Shown here: positions 1 to 56,766 of the stretch, piece after piece
How the letters are laid out: every line of letters starts with the position of its first letter
How positions within the stretch are numbered: the first letter of the stretch is position 1
Assembly (NCBI GenBank): GCA_012295275.1
Contig: CM022679.1
Location: 28,086,001-28,150,000 of the forward strand
Source of the DNA: Chrysomallon squamiferum
Taxonomy: Eukaryota > Animalia > Mollusca
Length of the DNA: 64,000 nt
Direction of reading: 5' to 3'
Translations under genes and position numbers: made by a program
Notes under the pieces: model-generated
Told to the model about the DNA's origin: nothing
The model's input: the letters and a program-made list of their open reading frames with translations, nothing else
The model's database searches: none

Positions 1-839
1 TCGGTCCAGCCTCACTTCAGCGAGTCATAACACCGCGTTCTTTCTGCGACTACTTGATTAATAACCCAGTAAAAAAATCTCTATACTGAAAATAAATCTG
101 TGTCCTTTTTTTTATCCATTAAAATCTGTGAAGCGTTCGGTTTGAGAATTCTTTTTCAAGGAAATAAGAGACAATATAAATTTCAATACAAACTAATTAA
201 TTTAACTGTACAGTCGAAAAATGAAAATATAACAAAAAGCTAATAAAAATGTCGGTGAGCTAAAATGAAAACAGTGTGCGCCCTTACTTTGGTTGCAGGC
301 AGACTCTGGTTCAGTAGAACATCAGCAGTTTATAGCAGTGAATGGGGCCAACGAAAAACAACTGTATACTTATAATCATGAATCTGCTGTGATATACAGA
401 TCACGTATTTAATTTAAAAAAATTATTTAAATATTCTGTTTTTCTACAACAGTACAGAGGAAACTGTAAATGTGTGTGTGTTTATGAAAAATGTATACAA
501 TAAAAAAAAACGCATACATGTGCATACACATGATAAATACGTACACATAAACAAACATGCATGCTCACAGGCAGAAATACACATACACACAACACATTTA
601 AGTAAAATATATTTTGTCATATGAAATCTGATTTAGTTTTACTGATGTCGCTGGAGATTAGTTTTCTTCTTTTGTTTTGTGGCTAGAGTGAATAGTGTTG
701 TGTTTTCCTCATATCCCGCAATGCTTTGCGAAAAAAAAAATATATATATATACAAAGACAAATAATAAAAACGAATTTGATCTGAAGGACAACCATTGTA
801 TTATTACACCTTTATTACTGCATAAATAATGTGTGTTTA

Positions 840-892
<53 letters not shown>

Positions 893-1052
893 TCACACAC
901 ACAATCAAATATACATATATATATATATAAACCATATAAATTGTTATATAGGACAAAGGTATGATATAGTATACTTTAATTATTTTCTTTAAATTTTATT
1001 GTCTTTGTACGTATTGTTATTGTTGTTCTTCATCTTCTTCTTCTTCTTCTTA

Positions 1053-1115
<63 letters not shown>

Positions 1116-1165
1116 CATCATCTACATTATTATTATTATTATTATTGTTATTATTATTGTTATTA

Positions 1166-1227
<62 letters not shown>

Positions 1228-2156
1228 GTAGCCTGCATATAAATGTATGATATTCTCAACATTTTTTTAACGCTGTAGTGAAATCAAGAAATAAAAAAGG
1301 AACACTTACATTTTCTCCGTAGTATTTCCGAATCTGCAAATTGGCTCAAAGGAACAATCACTGTCGTTTGAAGAATGATGATGACGTATCCGAAACACGC
1401 GTTCCACGCAGTCAACCGTTGTCAGCGTGTTCTGACTGTAATGTATTTGTGACGTCACAGATATCACATAATTTCCGTTGTTTGTTGTGTATTAGGAGGC
1501 AACACTTGGCGAACGTATCAGAAAACAACAGACATAACAGTTGGTTCAGGGCGAGTCTACAAATGGGGTATCGTACGAATGTCTGTAATTCACAGGAACA
1601 TGCACGTTGGTATCTAACAGATAAGAAATGTAAGAGACTAGAATAATGATGAGAAAAGAAAAAAACAAAGAGAAATAATAAAAACGAATTTGATCTGAAG
1701 GACAACCACTGTGAGTTTATATTACAGCTTCGGTATAATTTGCTTTTGGCAGAACGTTTTGTATGAGCTAAAAAAAAATTCAGCAAGAGAACAACGTTTT
1801 AAATAAATAATAATCTGAAAAACAGAAACACAGAGAGAAAAACATTCAAACTGTATGTGAATATGTATGTATGTATGTATGTATGTATGAGTGTATCTAT
1901 GTATTTTATCTATGTATGTATGTATGTATGAATGTATGTATATATGTATGTATGAGTATGTATGTATTTTATGTATGTATGTGTGTATGTTTGTTTCTAT
2001 GTATATGTGTATGTTATGTATGTAAGTATGTATGTTATGTCTATAATTATGTGAATGTGCTTTTGTGTTGTTTTTGCTGCTGCTGCTGTATTGTTTTTTC
2101 AGATTATCTTGCACACCATATTTCTAAATAATAATAATAATAATAACAATAATAAC

Positions 2157-2218
<62 letters not shown>

Positions 2219-4215
2219 TAATAATAATAAACATGTGAAATTTTTGTATTTGTGTAAACCTCGGACAAGCAGTGTTGTCTCACATAATGTATGAGATGAC
2301 AGCTAAAGTACGCGGTGCACCGGAATAAATGTGGAAGTTACACTAAACTTACACACAGAAGAAAATATCCTCTGACAAATAATATCTACAAATCTATTTT
2401 TTTTAAATGTTTCTTTTCGTTTTGCTCAAAAGTATCATAAAACTAGAATATTTATGTTCCTGTTGTTTCTTTTGTATTTTTTGTATTTTTTTTTTTTTTT
2501 TTTTTTTTTAATTATTATTATCTTTTTGTTGTTGTTATTGTTTTGTGTGTGAGCGGAAAGTTCTGTCGTTTCTTATTGATTTTTGTGTATATTTTAAGTG
2601 ACACCTTAGCAGACTGAACATGATGAAGCACTTGCTAAACAACTTTTAATTGGAAGTTCTTTATTTATTTACAGGGAAGCAGATCTGGTTTCTAGTAATC
2701 AACAGTGTAAACATAGCAACCTAACAATGAGAAGTAATTGCTGACATTCAATATTTGACTCTGCTAAGTTACAGGATTTCACAATGATTTAAATTATGCT
2801 AACTACTGTCTTATGCACAAGCTCACCTACTTTTCAGACATCATTTTTTTTTTTTTTTTTTAAATTCTTTTTTTCTCTCTCTTTTTCTGATTAATATATT
2901 TTTTTCCAGCTTATAAAAACATACGGCTGTACTACAGACATGACGTCTTGTAGCTGCTAATGTGTGTCACGTAGCTATCGATTATGGCGACGAATTTTTT
3001 TTTTATTTTTATTTTTTTTTTTTAAAGTGCATGTGACTTCACTTAAAAACGTGATGCTGAAGTTAAAATTTTTGTTTTTTAAGATTAAGCCAAAACTGCA
3101 CATCGATCTAGAGAGCTATTAAACTTTCATTTTGCTGTTCTAACACAATGATTATCTTCTGAGTAAACCGTTTAATGTTTTTCATAACATTTCTCATCAG
3201 AATCGCATTTTGCGGGGTTTTTGAACATAATGAGATGGCTTGAGGTTGGAACCAAGTCTAGAGAAGAAATTCATTTATATTTCACATCCAGCTTACAAAC
3301 ATAGCCTGAAGACTGTCTTATACAACATGTTAAATAACGTTTGCATGAAACAGAATTTGTTTATATTAAACCATTAGACAGTTAATCTATCATAATTGTA
3401 TCGGCGGGGAAAAGACTTCGAATTATAGAGGTTGGCGGATATCGGAGGTGATGGAAAACAGAAATTTAGGATAAAAGATTTTCAACCTACAAGATATTTA
3501 AAAAAATAAAAAGAAACACACACACACATACACACACACACACACATACACACACATACAAATATTCCCCGCACAAATATCACTATTGTTATTGATCATT
3601 AATAATGTAACAAATATTCCTGACACTAATAATACGGAGAACTCTTCTACACTCTGAAATTAACATGTTTCCTGAAAGTAAATATGTCACGTGTTTCCTC
3701 GTTATAATCATTAAACAGTGTTCGCTGTTAAACGTTTCCTTGTTTTCTTCTTCTACACAATATAAATTTCATTTAATTTTTTTTTTTTTTTTTCTTTCAA
3801 ATCAAGCAAAGTAGTTAAAGAAGTAATAAATTTAAAAAAAACGGACTAACGAAAGTAGTGTTCATTTGTTTATGTGTTTACAAATGCTTTAATCTTACAC
3901 GTGTAACAAATACTCCTGACACTAAGCCTCAGACTGCAGTGCTACCATGTTTTACATTCTGTAGACTAATCTGACAACTTTGTTTTCTCTCTGTGCTAGA
4001 TTATCATCTAATCAGTGTAACTGCTGTTTTTTAGTCACATTTAGCAGACACTTGATTTAGACTTTACACATTCAGCGTAACAAATTGATGTTATCGTCGT
4101 TATCATCACCATCATTTATTTATTTATGTACTTACTTACGTACTTTTATATACGTACTTACTTTTTTCTAAAACCTCGTTTTTCACATGGGTAACATATT
4201 TATTATTTCATAACA

Positions 4216-4573
<358 letters not shown>

Positions 4574-7500
4574 CCTTAATTCATACTTCCAAAGAGACAC
4601 ACCGGAGTGTAAGTTGTCTAAATGCTGTACTTTTAAAAAATATATATTATTACTATTGTACGTTATATTCAGTAAATATCTGTTAGTTTTCATCCTAAAA
4701 CAAAATGTCTGGTTACTAATACAATCACGAAGTTCTCGTTAGCTGATTACTCTTTCCTTTTCCTAATCTTGCCTCTCGGTCGTCTTCAAAACACAGCAGA
4801 GACTCGGACTGGACCACAGCAGAACCACATTGTTCATTACAAGTTTGAAATTAGTTGATATTTTAATACTTTAATAGCAACAACAAGAACAACAACAACA
4901 GAAATAACAACAATAATAATACTAATAACAACAAAAACAAAACACCAAACAAAGAGATAAAAAGAATTTTGGAACTGACATGCTTGTGTTAAGTTGTTAA
5001 TTTCACAGTCACTTCTGGATTAGACTTATTAGAAAAGTGACAACTTCAGACTGGTTCAGGAAATGGTTGTATAATAATGTATTACGTGTTTCCTGAGGCT
5101 AAATGGATCGCTAGATCGATACTCGCTTGTGTAGTTATCACCCATGTTGACGTTTCATTAACAAAACAAATGATTACGTCATTTTTGTTTAAGAGAATAA
5201 ATTATTCGTTCGTTTAGTGTGAATATTTTTTTTATTCATTTAATATAATATGCTCGGTAAGAAATATCTCAAAATATTTAGATCCAGAGTAGATTCAATT
5301 TTTTGTGTATCGATGGTTTATTTTGTATGATTATTTTTTTAACTTTTTTAATTTTAATATTTTTTACATTTATTTTGTTTTTAAGCTTTTTAAAATTCTT
5401 TTAATTATTTATTTATTTGTTTGTTTGTTTGTTTGTGCTTTCACATATGTTTGCTTACTTGATTATTCTTAAATATGTATTTCTATGTCAGCATCATAAC
5501 AATTTATTTCGTTCTAAATACAGATATGAAAACCGCTAAAGTAAACACTTGCATTTCTCATGAACGTAATGATGCCTTTACATTATTTATATCCAGCAAT
5601 GAGAACGTCAAAAACGTAGCGCCTCGCTCTGGCTCCGACCTGAAAAAAAAACAAAAACAAAACAATCTTCCAACGAGAATATTGAGTATCTCGGTTAATT
5701 ACTAAACAGAAGAAATAATAATAACTTGTAAATATGTTTCCTCTGCTATGAACATAAAACGACTTCTGTCTAGTCTATGTATTGACGTATTGAGCGTTAC
5801 TTGCGTCATATCTATTGATAGGTATTTACGTCACAAATTAATGGATCAGCTGTGAAATGCATCACATATTAATGTATTAATTATTCCAGACGTCATAAAA
5901 AGAAATATAGTAATCGTTACATACGTCACAAATTAATATATTAATTATTCCTTTCGCTATAAACTAATGTATTAACAGCTCCATACATCAGTATTAATTA
6001 TTCCATATGTGACACATGAATCAATCCATGCGTCAGAAGTGAATACACTGGCAACCTCTGACAAAACAGCAGTGTGAGAGAAGAGAGACATTAAACGCCC
6101 TGTGTGTCGCTATTAAACATCATTACAGATGATTCGTACTGAAGCTGAATTCGGTCACCCAATATCGCTGACCAGTTTCTGAAAATACTACACGGCAGTT
6201 TGGTTGATTTGATTATGACCAATTCGGAATGATTGATTTTAATATCAAAGTTGAAAGTAGCCGTGTTCTGGATTTCAAAAGAAAGATGCACGAAGCTAAA
6301 AGGCGAAGGTCAGAGGTGAAATGTCATGTCAGAAAGCACGGAGCGGAAGTGAAGAAGTAGAAAACAGAGGTTAAAGGTCACAGAGTAAATCATTTTTCTT
6401 GACATGATTTTCTTCTCAAAGACAAAATAAATATGCACGCTGAGAAAAGAAAAAGATAGATAATGTCACAGGTTGGGGTGTCATCCTTTTTGTTTTGTTG
6501 TGTAGTTTTCCTTGGGGGCGTGTTTTCTATGTTTTGTTTTATTGATTTATTTGTTTGTTTGTTTGTTTGTTTGTTCTATTTGTTGTTGTTCTTTGGGGTT
6601 TTTTGTTGTTGTTGTTACTGTTTTTTGTTTTTGTTTTTGTTTTTTAATTGTTTTTGGGGGGTTGTTTGTTTTGTATGGGTTTGTTGTCGTTTTTTTTTTC
6701 ATATTATACGAATTATTTGAACTATTTTCTCAGATATTAATTCACTGATATTGAAAGAAAAACTGGCTCTAGAAATAAACGTCCAAAATGTACGTATGTA
6801 TAAAACGATGTGAAATCACAAACTCAGAACTGCTGTTGACTAGCTTCCGAGACACAAAGAAACAACTTGATCTAAGATAAACCAGTGGAGCCATGGCTGG
6901 AATGGGTAACGCGGGCAATAGGCGCAGTAACAAGAATTGCTCATTCGACCCAGCAGATTTCAAGCGAGTGCTGTTACAAATTTCCATGGTTAGAACGAGA
7001 TAAACTAGAAAAGTGTTTACGTGTGTTACCCTTCTTCATTATGCGCCATTTGTAGTCGTGTTGCTCTTCGTTTCGCATGCTGAACTGACACGTGTGTGAC
7101 AAATCGCATTTCTTCCCGCAAAAGAGCTCCGGGGTTTTCAGAGTACTTTCCCCTTGGTGTATGTCACTTGGTCGCACGCCAAGTAGCTTCCTGCCAGGCA
7201 TGCGCGCTGCTATGAACACAATACCCGAGAAAAAGCGAGCGTCCTTGTACGTAATGACTTTTTTCTTCATTCCCTGCATGCCTGGACTGTTAATTTACGA
7301 ATATTAATGACTGAATTAGTCTATCAACAACGCACACTGAAACAGAAACTGTTACCTCGCAGGAAGGTCGCAGGAGGTCGAGGCAGTGATAGTGCTGATA
7401 AACACGCCATTATTTACTTTTTTATTTATTTATCTTATCTTATCTTATCTTATTCTATCCTATCTTATCTTATGTTAGTTTATCTTACATTTTTTTTTAA

Positions 7501-8087
7501 TTTATTTATTTTTATTTTTTTATTAATTGAAGTAACCAAAATTGTTCTTGTTGTTCCTTTTCGAATGTTGTTATTTATCGTTTGTAGTTGTAGTTGTTGA
7601 TACTTTGCTGTTTTATTAATCCACACATGAGTCTGAACGTATTAATGTGTTAGCTTGTCTCGCATTTTTAATATTTCTTACAGCATTAAATATTGATTTC
7701 AGAAAATAATTGTGGAAAAGGAATGAAAATGTTCTGACTTATCTACTCATGTACAAATAAATAATTAAATAAACTGACAGAAACTGAAGGTTTTTTTTCT
7801 AAGTCTTATTGTTTATTTGTGTATTGATTCTGTCAAAATCTGTTCTGTCTCACTGCTTTTAACCGTTATTGTGTCAAAACTTAGAAAAATTCCAAGAAAT
7901 AATCTCTGATTTGATGTTGCAATATACTACACATAATGTCAGGATTAACTTCCACTATATTAAACTTCTTTTTTTTTTTTTTTTGTTCAAGTATTTTTCT
8001 GTATTCCTTTTTTCCTATTTTTGTCTTTTCTTTTAGGGTTTTTTTTTTTTTCCTCTTTTTTATGGATTTATTTATTTATTTTTATAT

Positions 8088-8150
<63 letters not shown>

Positions 8151-9639
8151 TTATTTTATTTTATTTTTATATTTATTTTTATTTTTATTTTTATTTTTAT
8201 TTTTAATTTATTTTAATTTTTTTATTTATTTTTTCTTGATATATATTTATATCGGTTTATTTGTTTGTGGAGAGAGATTGAAAGTCTGTATATACATTAA
8301 CTAGTATAACTGTGTACAGTATGTGTCAATCGTGTCTATGTTTTATATAAAGTATATACAGGTGTACATTAACTGACACGTGTAAGTACATACACGTACC
8401 TGTGTACACTGACACATCACAGTCACACACAGATACACACGTATGTGTGTCTGTGTATATGTGTGTCTGTGTATATGTCTGTCTGTGTATATGTGTGTCT
8501 GTGTGTATGTGTGTCTGTGTATATGTGTGTCTGTGTATATGTGTGTCTGTGTATATGTGTGTCTGTGTATATGTGTGTATGTGTGTATGTGTGTATGTGT
8601 GTCGGTGCGTGACATGTGTTGTTATGCGTGAGTCTAAAATAAAAATCTAGAAATAGATTCACAACCTTGACCTTTTCCTGTTTGCATAAACTTAATAAAC
8701 TCGCCTCTTAGCCAATTTCTTCTCTTTTTTTAATCATTCTAAAACATTGATATTTTTAAGCAGGCAATACTTAGCAAATCAACGCACATATCCATTATGA
8801 AGATGTTTCTCGTAGACTTTGAGAATTTAATAAACTTTCAGCCTCTTAGCGTCTCTTAGCTGATGAAGGACACTTTCTTTCTTTTTTTTCTTTTTAATTT
8901 CTAATAGGAAATATTAAACACGCCAAGAAGAGGTGAGAAGTAAATGTCAAATCTTTCCATTTTTCCTAATAAATCAGTTTTTACTATAAAAAAAAATAAG
9001 AAGACGAAGAAGAAATTAAAAAGTAAAACACTGTAAATTAAATTAATTTTATTTTTATATCGAAAAGACAGATAAACTATTATTAATTTATTTATTTATT
9101 TATTATTATCATCATTATTGTTGTTGTTGTTATTGTTGTTATTACTGTTGTTTTTATTATTATTTTAGAGAAAACTGACTTTCAGTTCAGGAATCACGGT
9201 AAATACAGTTATAGTTAACATGTTAAATTGTTAGCTACACCACACAGAAATACCTACCAGGCTCTTGAACAAAAACACCAACAGCAACAGCAACAACAAC
9301 AACAACAATCAGTTTAGAAAGAAATGTGCAGCAAAAATAATGATACGTACCTTTTATTATCATTATGCAATCGTCATAATAATATGACGTCATAAACGAT
9401 TACAAAAGATGTATGTATGTATGTTGGTTTGTATGTAAGTATGTATGCATGTATTATATTAAGAGAAAAACGTATTTATTTATATAGTTATCTTTCTCAC
9501 TGTTGCAGTAGCAGTACCAATTGTAATTGTTTCTGTTTCAGTTTTTTATATCATTTACATTCATTTTATTTTAATATTTTTATTTGATTTAATTTTATTT
9601 ATTAATTTACTTATTTGTTGTTTTTGCTTTGTTGTTGTG

Positions 9640-9671
<32 letters not shown>

Positions 9672-10544
9672 AGACTCCAAATACAAACTGTTAAAACAAA
9701 AACTGGCAAAGTTCCACATTTAATGTAAAACATACACGTCTGTTTTGACGATACGAATACAACCATATTTTCTACCTTCTGTGATTAGTGGCGCCAGTAA
9801 TTAACGATAACTCTGTAAAACAGAAAAACAACACTAACATGATTAATGATGAATTTTCTGTGTTTTATTATTTTATACGAGTTTTCGTATTTCGATTGTT
9901 TTTGTTGTTTATGTTACTCTGTGGAGTCACTGTTAATATTTTTAGTTATAAGATATTTTGTTGGCACGTGCACTAATTCACCGATTTTTGCATTCACTGT
10001 ATTCTGTGTTTTCCCCACTTTAGCCAATGTGCACATAAATAAATCTTCGTTATGAGTCGATTAGAGTGATAGCACAATTATTTTAATTTATTTATTTACT
10101 TATTTATTTTTTTTATTTATTTATTTATTTATTTATTTATATAAGTGTTTTTTTATTTGTTCGTTTGTTGATTTACATGTATTTATTTATTTGTTTGTTT
10201 GTTTGTTTGTTTGTTTGTTTGTTTTTATTATTTCCTTTTTCTTGTTCATATTTTTTCTTAGTAATATATAAGGAGCTTAGTAGTATTGTTTTGGGGGGTT
10301 GTTTTTTTTTTTTTTTTTGTTATTATTATTATTTTGTTTGGTTTGGTTTATTTTATTTTATTTTATTTTTGTATTGGTATGTATAGAAAGATAAATTCAA
10401 CAACAGTGTCTGTGTCTAAGATCATTATGAAAACGAATGATTTATTCTGTTAAGTAACTATTCACACTGAAATACATTCGTGTTACTGCTTTGTACTTTG
10501 AGCTTCCCTCACGTAGGCATAATATGTATGCGCATCGATTTATA

Positions 10545-10778
10545 AACATAAACACAAACACACACACAGACACAAACACACACAGACACCCACACACACA
10601 GACATACACCCACAGACACCCACACACACAGACACACCCCCACATACACCCACACACACAGACACACACGCACAAACACACACACACACATACAGACACA
10701 CACACACACACAGACACACACACACACACACACACAGACACACACACACACACACACAGACACACACACACACACACA

Positions 10779-10824
<46 letters not shown>

Positions 10825-10894
10825 GACACCCACACACACACACAGACACACATACAGACACCCACACACACACATACAGACACCCACACACACA

Positions 10895-10954
<60 letters not shown>

Positions 10955-11078
10955 GACACACCCACACAGACACACACACCCACCCACACAGGCACACACA
11001 CACACACACATACAGACACCAACACACATATATATTTGTATGTATGTAAGTAGGTAAGTACTCATTAAAGACCGTAGC

Positions 11079-11150
<72 letters not shown>
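10545..11150. repeat. Long imperfect (CA)n followed by (GA)n microsatellite
   Basis: Directly visible. Representative of dozens of (CA), (CT), (TA), (TTA), (AGT), (TTC), (TACA) and (GATA) tracts across the window. Confidence 0.98.
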
Positions 11151-11153
<3 letters not shown>

Positions 11154-11497
11154 GTCACAAAATGGCTGGTAGAGAAGATAAACTCTACTTGAAAGTATTT
11201 TACAAGTGGTTTACAGATGTGTCGAATGTATAGATACACTTTATGAGATGACTGTTGAACATCACGTTACTCTGGCTGCAGGCTTTGTATGATAAAGAAG
11301 ACTGTTTAGTAATCAGACTCTCTGTGATAAACATAAACGATTAAAAGATGAAAGCTATCATTGGATGCATCTAATGGCAAGCTGAGTGCCTCTCTTTAAA
11401 AACACATGTAACGTATACTTCTCTATATGTTTGGGGGAAAAAGGTTCCAATGAAAGACTCAAATTGAAAATAAATATAATAAAAAACGAATTATCAT

Positions 11498-11685
<188 letters not shown>

Positions 11686-11936
11686 GCTCTCTGTGCTCTA
11701 GTATTATGCTACGACATACTCTCTACGTTACAGTCGTCGTAATTTTGGTTAATTTTGGAACTGTTCTGTACCAGGTCAGTGTACACTAGTACCGCACTGC
11801 ATACAAAACACTCTACTTATCATAATTATGAAAGGCAATTGCTTCACTAGACACGAGCTACTTGACTGAAAGGTTCTTCTAACAGACACTTAATTAGTCT
11901 GTCTTTGTCTTACGTTTGGGTATCACTTCTGTGTTT

Positions 11937-11990
<54 letters not shown>

Positions 11991-13228
11991 GTGTATGTAT
12001 ATGTATGTGTCCATGTGTGTACGTACTTACGTATTTATATTTATACACACAAAATTTACACAAATTTACACTGAATACTGAATGATTTTTGAAACTACTT
12101 CTGTGCGGTAGACACAGCGGAGTCGACATGAAGATATCGGGTATTTCAAAGATCACAGCACTTGATGTTTGTTGTGTTTTGTTGCTAATGATGCAGCAGA
12201 ACGTGAAGCATACACAACTAACTGTTGTACCTTACCGTGCTGCGGTGCTTTAGGCCGCGGGAGGAAAATACATTGACATGCAGCATCAATCAACAGGACG
12301 AGAAAATGCGAAAGGAAGACTGACAAATGTATGCTTATTTCTGATCAGTGAGTTAACTGATAGTTTCGACATGCGGGTGAACTTAATGACTTTGTACTCA
12401 GTTTCTTCTTTATCTCTTTTTCGACCATTTCGTTTAGAGAACTGACATTTTCTGCACCGCTTGAACCAAAGATAATTACGTGATAATTTAGATTAGTGGT
12501 TTCAGCGTTTAGACAGGGTGGATTAATTAGCTGTTCAGTTTTATGTCTGAATACAGCTACAGTGCATCCTTACCACTGAAAGAGAAATGTAATAAAACAA
12601 AAACATTTCTCTTCTATTCACATGTTTAAAATGTTTTCTAATATTACATATATTGTCTGTGTACGTGTGTATGTGTCTGTGAGTGTGGGTATATGTATGT
12701 GTGTGAATGTGCGTGTTTGTGTGTGTGTATGGTGTGTATGGGTGTGTATGTGTGTTTGTGTATGTATGGTGTCTATGTGTGTGTATGGTGTCTGTGTGTG
12801 TGTGTGTGTGTGTATGTGTGTGTGTGGTGTATGTGTGTGTGAGTATGGTGTGTATGGTGTGTATGGGTGAGTGTGTGTGTGTTTGTGTGTCTGTGTGTGT
12901 GTATGGTGTGTGGGTGTGTGTGGGTGTGCGTGTGTGTGTGTGTGTGTGCGTGAGTGCAGGTTTGTTGAGTAATTAAGATACGTGAGTGAGGGATGACAGA
13001 TATTTTGATCACGTTTCTCTGTGTCTGTGTGAGAATTGCACGTCACTTTCTGTCTGCAAGTAGACATGCAGGAAACGCACAATTCACAACCTGGCGGTGA
13101 AAACATTTGTATTACTTGGAGTCCAGACGAAACCGTCAGACAGAGCAGTCTAAGATGTGATATGCTGAGACTGCAGGGTTTATTATTATTATTATTATTA
13201 TTACTATTGTTATTATTATTATTACTAA

Positions 13229-13288
<60 letters not shown>

Positions 13289-14631
13289 AAGTAGTAGTAA
13301 TTTATTTATTTTTATTTGTTTTTATTATTATTACTATTATTTATTTATTTATTTATTTATTTATTCATTTATTTATTCATTTATTTATTACTTTGTGTAA
13401 TAAATTGTTTCTCTGCCTTCATCGTTTATCAGTTCTAATAAATAAAACTTTTCAGCACAAATCTTTTCTTTCACTTTTTAATTTTCATTATTTATTTATT
13501 TATTTATTTATTGATTTATTAATATTATTTTTTGTTGTTACTGTTGTTGTTTTTCTTCAAAAATACATCGATGTACTTGGCGAGATATAACTATGACATC
13601 ATTCTTACTGTATCACAATGCCCACATGACGTCACTATCAGAATACAGTCATACGTTATGACTATGATCCACAATGAGACCGTGTAACTGTTGTGAACCA
13701 GAAGCAGATATTTAGATCCTTGAAACTTTCAAGAAAAACAATAATTAAATAATAAATATTTATTAAACAAATAACAGTATATTTATCAAGTGACATGTAA
13801 ATTATAAAATAGTGATTACAGTAGAGACACAAAATACTCATATTATAAATTACATCATGAAAAAGCAAATACATCCTGAGTTGTTGTAGATGTTGTTGTT
13901 GTCTTATTTTTTGTGAATTTAGCGTAGAAATGTTATAAACTTAGCAAAGTTGTTTTTTTTTTTTGTGTTTTTTTTCTGATATTACTTATGAATGCAACTT
14001 TTAAATACAAGCAAATATTTAATTTTTAACATTGTGTAATTATATTTATGTCCCTCAGTAAACTACGAATCGCTCATTTGTTTGCTAACAAAAACAATAA
14101 AAATTCTGTTACAAATAACGGTAAAATATCTATTTTAATAACTCTGTAAAAAAAAAAAAAAAAAAAATTCTCTTTTTTATTATAATTATTATGTTGCTTG
14201 CATCTGCAAATTTTAAACCTATCTTTCTGTCTTAGAAGTTCATTCACATCTGAAAGCGGATCCGCATTTTATAAATTTAGAAATGTGAACGTTGAAAGTT
14301 TTTATCACTTTCGAGATAAAATGTTCGGTAGATAAGGTTTGTTGTGAGATTTACACAAAACCACACCATGTGTTTCATACATCGTCTCTCGATTTTCAGT
14401 TTCTCGTGAACTAGAAGTATGTAAAAACTAAAACCAGATATCTGCAAACTTCACTCAATGGCTGGTTAGTCGTCACATTGTCACGTGCCACACAAGAATG
14501 AAAATCAGTTATAACTGTTACAGCACGAACTAGCAAAGAACGATAACTCTGAATGGCTCATAGTAGACTGGTTTCATTAAGATTTGTGTGTGTGTATGAA
14601 CAAAAGACTGGTAAAAAAATATTTATCACTC

Positions 14632-14670
<39 letters not shown>

Positions 14671-14671
14671 A

Positions 14672-14706
<35 letters not shown>

Positions 14707-14790
14707 AAAAAAAAAGAAAAAAAAGCCTATCTTATAAACACACACTTTGTTTATTTATCACGATTTCTTGTATATCTGATATCTGGCTTC

Positions 14791-55477
<40,687 letters not shown>

Positions 55478-56019
55478 GTTCTCTTGATTATCTTCAAAGT
55501 TTCACAGAAAAATAATTCAATGTCCATTGTACAGTTCCATTTTGAATTTAAAAAGTTACACAAATTTCATTAATCCATTTTGGTATATTGATTTTAAAAA
55601 TCCGTTGTTCAATACTGCATGTACCTTTTACAAAACTCCATTACATGAACTCGTATTAAAAAACCCTACATAGTAATCACTAATGCGGTTCCAATCAACA
55701 AAATCCACTAATCTATAACCCATTAACAACGACTCTGTCCCCAAACTGCCTAATCCATACTGCACTACCAGTTTATTAGGTTCATTATTTCATACTACCA
55801 TACCAACGTTCCCTAACCCAAATTACAGAACAACATTTTTAAAAATCAATATTGCAGAATAAACTTCAAAATATGTTAATTCATATTAAGAAAGACAAAA
55901 AGAAAAGACATTAGTCCACAGTTCAGTTAATGAAGAACTGTAATTCGTGCCGAACAGTCAACAAGGTTTTAAACCTGACGAAAGAAACACGAGTTGAAAT
56001 TTGTAGTCAGAGCTAAAGA

Positions 56020-56265
56020 ATCTTGTATCTGTCAGTTTCCTCTCGCGACTCGGCTCAGATCTGTGAAATCTCCTCTTGAAGCCGTTGTTCGTTCTCTCAC
56101 CGAAGCAGCGTTCTTGTCGCCACAGAGCGCGCGCGAGATGGAGCAGACGTCTTCTGTCGACAGCGCGTGTGAACAGCGAAGCAGACGTGAAACGTGGACG
56201 ACTGTCACTCACTGCGGCTACTCGATGTCACTTTGTGGTGTTATCGTATCACGCCTCGGCCATTG
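56020..56265 (-). promoter_or_regulatory. Candidate RET promoter / TSS region
   Basis: CpG-rich patch (gagcgcgcgcgag, cagcgcgtg) 550-790 bp upstream of the ATG in AT-rich surroundings. Position and composition only. Confidence 0.35.
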
Positions 56266-56672
56266 TTATTTTTTATTAATAATTTTAGCATGCATTGGTC
56301 AGACGTCTAATGTTACTGATTCCTGCATATACATTTTTATTTTCACATCATCTACAGAGTGCTTGTGAGTTAATGGATCTTTTCTATTTATTCATTCATT
56401 CATTCATTTATTTATTTTTATTGAGCGTTTTATTATTATTATTATTATTATTGTTGTTGTTGTTGTTGTTGCTGTTGTTGTTGTTATTGCTGCTGTTGTT
56501 GATGCTATTATTATTTTTTTCGTATTACTTCTTTTATTTATTTATTTTATTTTATTTTATTTGTCAGTTTCTTCTCTTTTCTTTCAATTTTTTTTGTTCT
56601 CTTTTTGTTGTTTATTTCTCTCTCTCTCTGTCTCTCTCTCTCTCTCTAACTCTCTCTGTCTCGCTCTCTCTC

Positions 56673-56766
<94 letters not shown>

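Noticed and set aside
6769-7400. Overlapping 70-100 aa ORFs in a GC-richer block
   Set aside because: No recognisable domain or consistent splice structure. May be regulatory, but a CDS is unsupported.
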